A stretch of 32,000 bases of DNA from Massilicoli timonensis (GTDB lineage: Bacteria > Bacillota_I > Bacilli_A > Erysipelotrichales > Erysipelotrichaceae), in NCBI RefSeq assembly GCF_900199515.1, contig NZ_LT963434.1, positions 1,173,272 to 1,205,271 on the forward strand, in the 5' to 3' direction. Under the pieces are notes generated by a model, which was not told the origin of the DNA, made no database searches, and saw only the letters and a list, made by a program, of their open reading frames with translations. Positions 27,424 to 32,000 of the stretch are shown here, in pieces (the first letter of the stretch is position 1; every line of letters starts with the position of its first letter). Position numbers and translations under genes: made by a program.

Positions 27424-27774
27424 ATGATAGCTGCACATAAAACGATATCAGCCAATCAGTCGAAAGCGGACTGCCGCGCGTCATTCCTTATCGGCTAAAG
27501 CGTACCGGAAAACAACAGAAAAAGTCATCAGGTATATGAACAGTAATTTTTGAACGCTTTGCTACTATAACATGCTTTATAACAGCGCTTCTATCTACAT
27601 CAGATTATCTTTTGTGTCAGTCATGCATCATAACTCTACACGCGAAGTTCTATGCGATACCAAAAGGCAGATAGACAAGAATCATCAGTCCGTATAAAAC
27701 TAAACTGTTACCAGAAAATCATTTCGATGCTATTTTAGGAAGCGCATCCGAATCATGAATCTTTTTCGTTCTAC

Positions 27775-28578
27775 CTAGGAGGGCTGTATTTTTAATTGAC
27801 ACCATAACAGATTATGATCGGAAAAGGAGCTTTGCAGCGTTCCCTTGTCTAACAAGGTAAAATGATCGGCATAGAAAATGTTGTCTGGGAAACCGAAATC
27901 ACGGAATGTAAGCAACGGTGCAGCGGCATTATTGATCTGTTCATAGCCGTCAATGGTAAAAAAATCATCGGCGGTGAATGTATTGAAGTCCCCCATGAGG
28001 ATCGTGTTACGCTCATTTTGCAGTTCCTCTTTTAAGTAGTCGATCTGCTCCCATCTGACGTCGCGTTCTTTATAACTTAAATGAGTGAGATAAACAGAAA
28101 GGATTTCTTCGCCTGCCTGAATCTTTGCGCCGGCAAGAATACGCGGCTCCTTTAACAGTTCATTAGGCAAAGAATGAGAAGATACGGAAAGGATCGGATA
28201 ACGGCTCAAAATGCCCAACCCATAATAACCGTCCACCATCCACATCGTTTCGTAAAAGTAATAATAAGGATAGTCAGCGGCAGCGGCTAATTCTTTTACC
28301 ATTTCCATCTCATTTGAACGAAAAGCGCTCTCATCCACTTCCTGCAATACTAAAATATCAGCCTGCGCCGTTTTTAGATCTTGTACGCACGCATGCAGAT
28401 CTTCTCCCTGGTTCAGCGTCTTGATGTTATAGGTGGCAATCTTTATTGTTTCAGGCGTTTTGATGTTTTCCTTATTGCCTAATTCGCGATTATAATTGCG
28501 GCTGTTGTGGCGCCACAAGGCAAAAACGCCGATCGCTGCTATAACAATCAGAATGCCGATCACTACTTTTCGTTTCAC
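27775..28578 (-). CDS. Endonuclease/exonuclease/phosphatase (EEP) family protein with N-terminal membrane anchor or signal
   Basis: 267 aa. The N-terminal hydrophobic helix is VVIGILIVIAAIGVFALW. EEP blocks are IATYNIK, LVLQEVD, MGDFN and SDHNLLW. It ends in TAG. Confidence 0.8.
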   Translation of the reverse strand: MKRKVVIGILIVIAAIGVFALWRHNSRNYNRELGNKENIKTPETIKIATYNIKTLNQGEDLHACVQDLKTAQADILVLQEVDESAFRSNEMEMVKELAAAADYPYYYFYETMWMVDGYYGLGILSRYPILSVSSHSLPNELLKEPRILAGAKIQAGEEILSVYLTHLSYKERDVRWEQIDYLKEELQNERNTILMGDFNTFTADDFFTIDGYEQINNAAAPLLTFRDFGFPDNIFYADHFTLLDKGTLQSSFSDHNLLWCQLKIQPS

Positions 28579-28657
28579 ACTGCCACCTCACTTTCCTGTT
28601 TTTCTTATTTTAACACGTTCCATTTGCACATAATAGTTGCAAAGCATAAATTTTTGA

Positions 28658-28686
28658 TTGATTTTTTTAATGATGCGCGTTACAAT
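28658..28686 (+). promoter_or_regulatory. Candidate promoter of tRNA-Thr
   Basis: TTGATT (28658-28663), a 17-nt spacer, then TACAAT (28681-28686), about 17 nt upstream of the mature tRNA 5' end. Confidence 0.5.
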
Positions 28687-28703
28687 AAGAAGGCAAAGAA
28701 AAT

Positions 28704-28779
28704 GCCGACTTAGCACAGTTGGTAGTGCAACGCACTCGTAACGCGTAGGTCGTAGGTTCAAGTCCTATAGTCGGCACCA
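28704..28779 (+). tRNA. tRNA-Thr (anticodon CGU), CCA encoded
   Basis: Manual fold. Acceptor is GCCGACT/AGTCGGC. D arm is GCAC-AGTTGGTA-GTGC. The anticodon arm is ACGCA-CTCGTAA-CGCGT (one A.C mismatch) with CGT at positions 34-36. The T arm is GTAGG-TTCAAGT-CCTAT, with a 3' ACCA tail. Confidence 0.9.
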
Positions 28780-28791
28780 TTTAATATATAG

Positions 28792-28818
28792 CACCTCTCA
28801 TTTTGAGGGGTGTTTTTT
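28792..28818 (+). terminator. Rho-independent terminator after tRNA-Thr
   Basis: 8-bp stem CACCTCTC / GAGGGGTG (one G.U pair), loop ATTTT, then TTTTTT (28813-28818). Confidence 0.8.
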
Positions 28819-28917
28819 AGTTTATATATATTTTTTTAATTTTGAACAAAATCATAAATATTTCCAACAAATATAGCAAGAAGTTGCGATATTTTATTAT
28901 AAAAGCAATTGAACATA

Positions 28918-28946
28918 TTGAAAAAACGGCTTTGTAATAATATAAT
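28918..28946 (+). promoter_or_regulatory. Near-consensus sigma-A promoter of the island cassette
   Basis: TTGAAA (28918-28923), a 17-nt spacer, then TATAAT (28941-28946). An imperfect palindrome TAATAATATAATTA overlaps the -10. The HTH gene ATG is at 28979 behind AAGAGGTAGAG. Confidence 0.6.
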
Positions 28947-28978
28947 TAAACTGTATTTTTAAGATAAGAGGTAGAGAA

Positions 28979-29188
28979 ATGAAAATCAGTTATAAAAAAC
29001 TATGGATATTGCTTATTGAAAAAGAAATTTCTCCAGTATCATTAAGAGCTGATTTAAATATCGCAACTGGTACAATGACTAAGTTGAGAAGAAATGAAGA
29101 AGTCGCACTATCTGTATTATTGCGTATCTGCGGTTATTTAGATTGTAATATTGGAGATATATGCGATGCTATTAAAACTGAAGAATAA
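28979..29188 (+). CDS. Small XRE/Cro-type helix-turn-helix transcriptional regulator
   Basis: 69 aa. MKISYKKLWILLIEKEISPVSLRADLNIATGTMTKLRRNEEVALSVLLRICGYLDCNIGDICD matches the common ~70-aa HTH family (KLW.LL..K......L....GI...T..KL...E.VS..VL.KIC..L.C.I.DI). Confidence 0.8.
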   Translation: MKISYKKLWILLIEKEISPVSLRADLNIATGTMTKLRRNEEVALSVLLRICGYLDCNIGDICDAIKTEE

Positions 29189-29211
29189 AATATACAAAGG
29201 AGGATAAATGA

Positions 29212-29863
29212 ATGAAGGTTTGCATGAATTGCGGAAAAGAATTAAATGAAGATGATAAATTTTGTTCTAATTGTGGAAAATCAACTTTAGATGACAATAG
29301 CAAACGGAAAACAGTTTATGAAGGTGAAATACATAAATGCCCAAATTGTGGTAACACGATAAATGCCTATGAAATGGTGTGTACAACTTGTGGGCATGAA
29401 ATCAGAGGAAGACAAATTACAAGTCAAGTACATAAGTTATCATTAAAATTAGAAAACACTAATAATGTGCAAAAAAAAAGAAGAATTAATTCGAACTTTT
29501 TATATTCCAAATACTAAAGAAGAAATTTATGAATTTTTTATTCTTGCAAGTTCAAATATTAAAATTGGCGGTATGAATACAAATGCATGGATGGTTAAAA
29601 TTGAACAAGCATATCAAAAGGCAGAATTATCTTTTGGAAATACCAGTGAATTTGAACGTTTGAAATCAATGTATGTTCAAATAAAAAAAATGAATAAGAA
29701 AAACTATGCATTCAATTTTTTTAAATCAAAATATGCGTGGGCGTTAATCTTTTTTATCATAGGAATTTTCTTTTTTTTAGTATACTCAGCATCTAATAAT
29801 GAAAACATTGGTGTTATTAGTCTTATGTTTATTGTTATAGCAGCGGGGGTAGCAATTGAGTGA
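29212..29863 (+). pseudogene. Double zinc-ribbon protein with two C-terminal TM helices, split into two track ORFs by a frameshift in an A9 tract
   Basis: ORF 29212-29517 carries CMNCGKELNEDDKFCSNCG and CPNCGNTINAYEMVCTTCG. ORF 29465-29863 (the +1 frame) continues with KKEELIRTFYIPNTKEEIYEFFILASSNI... and ends in two hydrophobic helices (WALIFFIIGIFFFLVY; IGVISLMFIVIAAGVAI). Removing one A from 29471-29479 joins them as ...NNVQKKEELIRTFYIPNTKEE... into one 216-aa protein. Confidence 0.7.
29471..29479 (+). repeat. A9 homopolymer at the frameshift point
   Basis: gtgc-AAAAAAAAA-gaag. A length of 8 or 11 would be in frame. Confidence 0.95.
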
Positions 29864-29922
29864 TAAAAAATAGAAAATATTAAAGTTATAAAAGACATTA
29901 GACATAGAATGGAGGATATATT

Positions 29923-31251
29923 ATGTCAATATTCAATAGGAAAAATAAAACTGGAGGATTTATGGATGAAATTAGATGTGATGAAAAGTCATATTTAATA
30001 TGGAAATGGCATCCATCTGGAAAAGAGTTAGGAGAAGGAAATAGAGAAAATGCTATTAGATATGGTTCATCGTTACGAGTAAAAGATGGTGAAGTTGCTG
30101 TATTTGTTTATAAACAAAAAGATGAAACTATGCAAGAGTTTATTGAAGGACCATATGATGAAATCATCAAAACAAATAACTTTCCTATCCTTGCAAGTAT
30201 TGTGGGCTTAGCATACGAGGGGGGAACTCCTTTCCAAGCAGAAATTTACTTTATAAATCTTGCTCGTATTATCCAAGTAAAATTTGGTGTTCCATTTTTT
30301 GATGTATATGATCCTAGATTTATGGATTTTGGTGTCCCAACTGCTGTTAGAGGAACTATAAGTTTCAAGATTAACGATTACAGAGAATTTATTAAATTAC
30401 ATCGACTTAATACTTTTAATTTAGATGATTTTCAAAGAGAAATTAGAGATGCGGTTTGTCGTTATGTTAAAGATATCGTAGCAAATGCACCAGCTCAAAA
30501 TAATATTCCTTTAGTTCAAATTGAAACAAAAACTTCTCAAATAAATGATGTTGTAGAATTACATATTGAAGAAAGATTGAATGAAGATTTTGGTGTGACA
30601 GTATCTGGAGTAGACATATCTGCAATTGAACTAGATAAATCAAGTGATGGATTTAAACAATTAATGAGTGTAACGAAAGATATTGATATTGTTAAAGTAC
30701 AAGCACAAACAGAAGATTATGTTGAAAGACTTCGTATTCAAAGAGAAGAAGGTCAATATGCACAACATAAACAAACTCAAACTGCTAATATTGGGGCTTT
30801 CCAAGTCGAAAAACAGGCAGAAGTTGGTGTTGCTGGTGCTGAAGCATTAGGTCAAATGGGAACTAATGAAGCAGGAGATATTAATTTAGGTGATAATGGA
30901 GATGGATTTAATATGGCAGCAATGATGGCCAGTATGGCTGTTGGAGGTGCTGTTGGACAAAATATTGCAGGTTCAATAAGTAATATGATGTCTGGAATAA
31001 ACCAGCCTAACCAAATCGGAATAACACCACCACCTTTACCTACTGTAATGTATTATGTTGCAGTAAACGGCGAAGCAACTGGTCCTTTTGATTTAAATAC
31101 ATTATCTCAAATGATTGTGCAAGGAACATTGACTAAAGATACTCTTGTTTGGAAGCAAGGAATGGATAATTGGGATAGAGCAGGAAATATTATTGAAATA
31201 TTATCTTTATTTAATGTTAATAACGTTCCTCCACTTCCAGAGAAATTTTAG
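29923..31251 (+). CDS. SPFH-domain protein of the YdjI / COG4260 (Band_7_1, 'virion core protein-like') type with a C-terminal GYF_2-type domain
   Basis: 442 aa with GGAGG at 29909-29913. The N-terminus MSIFNRKNKTGGFMDEIRCDEKSYLIWKWHP...GSSLRVKDGEVAVFV...FQAEIYFINL follows the YdjI-family pattern. It continues with a charged helical stretch (RLRIQREEGQYAQHKQ), a G/A/M-rich linker, then MYYVAVNGEATGPFDLNTLSQMIVQGTLTKDTLVWKQGMDNWDRAGNI (GYF_2/DUF4339 pattern). Confidence 0.8.
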   Translation: MSIFNRKNKTGGFMDEIRCDEKSYLIWKWHPSGKELGEGNRENAIRYGSSLRVKDGEVAVFVYKQKDETMQEFIEGPYDEIIKTNNFPILASIVGLAYEGGTPFQAEIYFINLARIIQVKFGVPFFDVYDPRFMDFGVPTAVRGTISFKINDYREFIKLHRLNTFNLDDFQREIRDAVCRYVKDIVANAPAQNNIPLVQIETKTSQINDVVELHIEERLNEDFGVTVSGVDISAIELDKSSDGFKQLMSVTKDIDIVKVQAQTEDYVERLRIQREEGQYAQHKQTQTANIGAFQVEKQAEVGVAGAEALGQMGTNEAGDINLGDNGDGFNMAAMMASMAVGGAVGQNIAGSISNMMSGINQPNQIGITPPPLPTVMYYVAVNGEATGPFDLNTLSQMIVQGTLTKDTLVWKQGMDNWDRAGNIIEILSLFNVNNVPPLPEKF

Positions 31252-31446
31252 ATGGAGAGCAAAATCATGAGTAATTGGAAAAGTATAAAAAATTTCAGTA
31301 GAGATATTATTGAAGAAGTAAGAGAAAGAAATAGGCAAAGATTTAATGATGCTCAAATAGAAATTCAGATAGAAGATATAAAGAAAATAGTTTATGTATT
31401 GAAAGAACTTGATATAGAAAACGATAAGATCATTCGAATTTTGTAG
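31252..31446 (+). CDS. Small hypothetical protein directly abutting the SPFH gene; possibly truncated by TAG (open frame continues to 31503)
   Basis: The ATG at 31252 directly follows the SPFH stop codon (31249-31251). The 64 aa are charged and helical. After TAG (31444-31446) the same frame reads KHWDLRLSEAEYFLNNME then TAA. Confidence 0.45.
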   Translation: MESKIMSNWKSIKNFSRDIIEEVRERNRQRFNDAQIEIQIEDIKKIVYVLKELDIENDKIIRIL

Positions 31447-31536
31447 AAGCATTGGGATTTAAGATTAAGTGAAGCTGAATACTTTTTAAATAATATGGAA
31501 TAAAACGAACGGTTTAGCTAGTTAGGAGGTGTTTTT

Positions 31537-31683
31537 ATGGAAGAAAAATTAAACAAAAATATTCTCTCATCTTCTCACATTAATTTTTTGTTCGGTGTGG
31601 GTGTGAATAGAAGTGCATTCCCTCAACTTAAAGGATTTATTAAAACTATAATGTTATTTTATTTGGGAATAGGGGGATTTTAA
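31537..31683 (+). pseudogene. 48-codon stub resembling the N-terminus of SIR2_2/DUF4917-type Rossmann-like defence proteins (probable deletion remnant)
   Basis: Not in the track because it is under 60 aa. AGGAGGTG at 31524-31531, ATG at 31537. The product is MEEKLNKNILSSSHINFLFGVGVNRSAFPQLKGF, followed by the unrelated hydrophobic tail IKTIMLFYLGIGGF and a stop. The hydrophobic strand plus F-G-x-G-x-N loop resembles the FLGAGxS start of such proteins. This is a weak, pattern-level call. Confidence 0.25.
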
Positions 31684-31715
31684 ATGAATCAAAAGATGAG
31701 AAAGAGGATGATTAA

Positions 31716-32000
31716 ATGAGTGCAGAGCAAGAATATTACATTAGTTTAATAGAAAGGCTATGTCATTTTTCTAACGAAACAGAGTGGTTAGAATTTAAAG
31801 TCAACAATGATGAACCATCTCTAATTGGCGAATATGTTTCTGCGTTAAGCAATTCTGCTACTATATGCGAAAAAGAAAAAGCATATATGATTTGGGGGAT
31901 TGATGATAGCACTCATGAAATCGTTGGTACTAGTTTTAGTCCGAAACAGACGAAAATTGGTAACGAAGAATTAGAAAATTGGCTATTAAGAGCATTAAAG
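31716..32000 (+). CDS. AlbA_2 (Schlafen-like, 'divergent AAA / putative DNA-binding') domain ATP-binding protein, N-terminal part only
   Basis: Not in the track because it runs off the edge. ATG at 31716 gives MSAEQEYYISLIERLCHFSNETEWLEFKVNNDEPSLIGEYVSALSNSATICEKEKAYMIWGIDDSTHEIVGTSFSPKQTKIGNEELENWLLRALK. The E.LEFK.....IGEY.SALSNSA....AY.IWG.DD.TH..VGT pattern is typical of AlbA_2 N-termini. Confidence 0.7.
   Translation, partial: MSAEQEYYISLIERLCHFSNETEWLEFKVNNDEPSLIGEYVSALSNSATICEKEKAYMIWGIDDSTHEIVGTSFSPKQTKIGNEELENWLLRALK

Larger units (their letters stand above)
28780..32000. other. AT-rich, probably horizontally acquired island abutting the 3' end of tRNA-Thr (right end beyond the window)
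   Basis: There is an abrupt composition change. My hand counts of G+C per 60 nt are 16 (29221-29280) and 18 (30421-30480) inside the island. Core DNA gives 29 (28381-28440) and 37 (9241-9300). All genes here are accessory-type. No integrase or repeat of the tRNA 3' end is visible in the window. Confidence 0.65.

Noticed and set aside
29704-29898. 64-aa minus-strand ORF
   Set aside because: It is antisense to the TM-encoding end of the Zn-ribbon gene, so it is a shadow ORF in AT-rich sequence.
31207-31452. 81-aa minus-strand ORF in the island
   Set aside because: It is antisense to the small + strand ORF and the SPFH gene end. Its extremely F/Y/I/N-rich, low-complexity translation is typical of AT-rich DNA, and it has no RBS.

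Overview
This looks like a chromosomal segment of a low-GC Gram-positive bacterium (Bacillota-type: strong AGGAGG ribosome-binding sites, PTS, BioY, LuxS). I cannot name the species from sequence alone. Roughly the first 28.7 kb is dense housekeeping DNA. It holds a partial family-III CoA-transferase and birA-bioY behind a recognisable BirA operator. A small decayed accessory patch follows (tnpV with an in-frame TGA, an AAA+/DUF4143 ATPase, a broken ORF remnant), then two small uncharacterised operons. Next comes the oxidative TCA branch, with citrate synthase and isocitrate dehydrogenase divergent from aconitase. A LicR-type-regulated cellobiose PTS / 6-phospho-beta-glucosidase operon follows and carries an embedded CX5R phosphatase. 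The rest is purD, luxS, a SEC-C-type map, an HD-domain dNTPase-like gene, a Gfo/Idh/MocA oxidoreductase, a ybaK-like gene, tatD, mnmE, an EEP-family hydrolase and tRNA-Thr(CGU). Immediately 3' of the tRNA (about 28780 to the window end) the composition drops sharply to AT-rich DNA, which I read as a partial genomic island. It encodes a small XRE-type HTH protein, a double zinc-ribbon 2-TM protein broken by an A9 homopolymer frameshift, and an SPFH (YdjI/Band_7_1-like) protein with a C-terminal GYF_2-type domain bracketed by PPLP motifs. It also encodes a small ORF abutting the SPFH stop codon, a SIR2-like stub and the start of an AlbA_2/Schlafen-like ATPase. The HTH / Zn-ribbon-TM / SPFH-GYF cassette is my best candidate for an undescribed defence or envelope-stress system. 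No CRISPR array, rRNA or intact transposase/integrase was seen.
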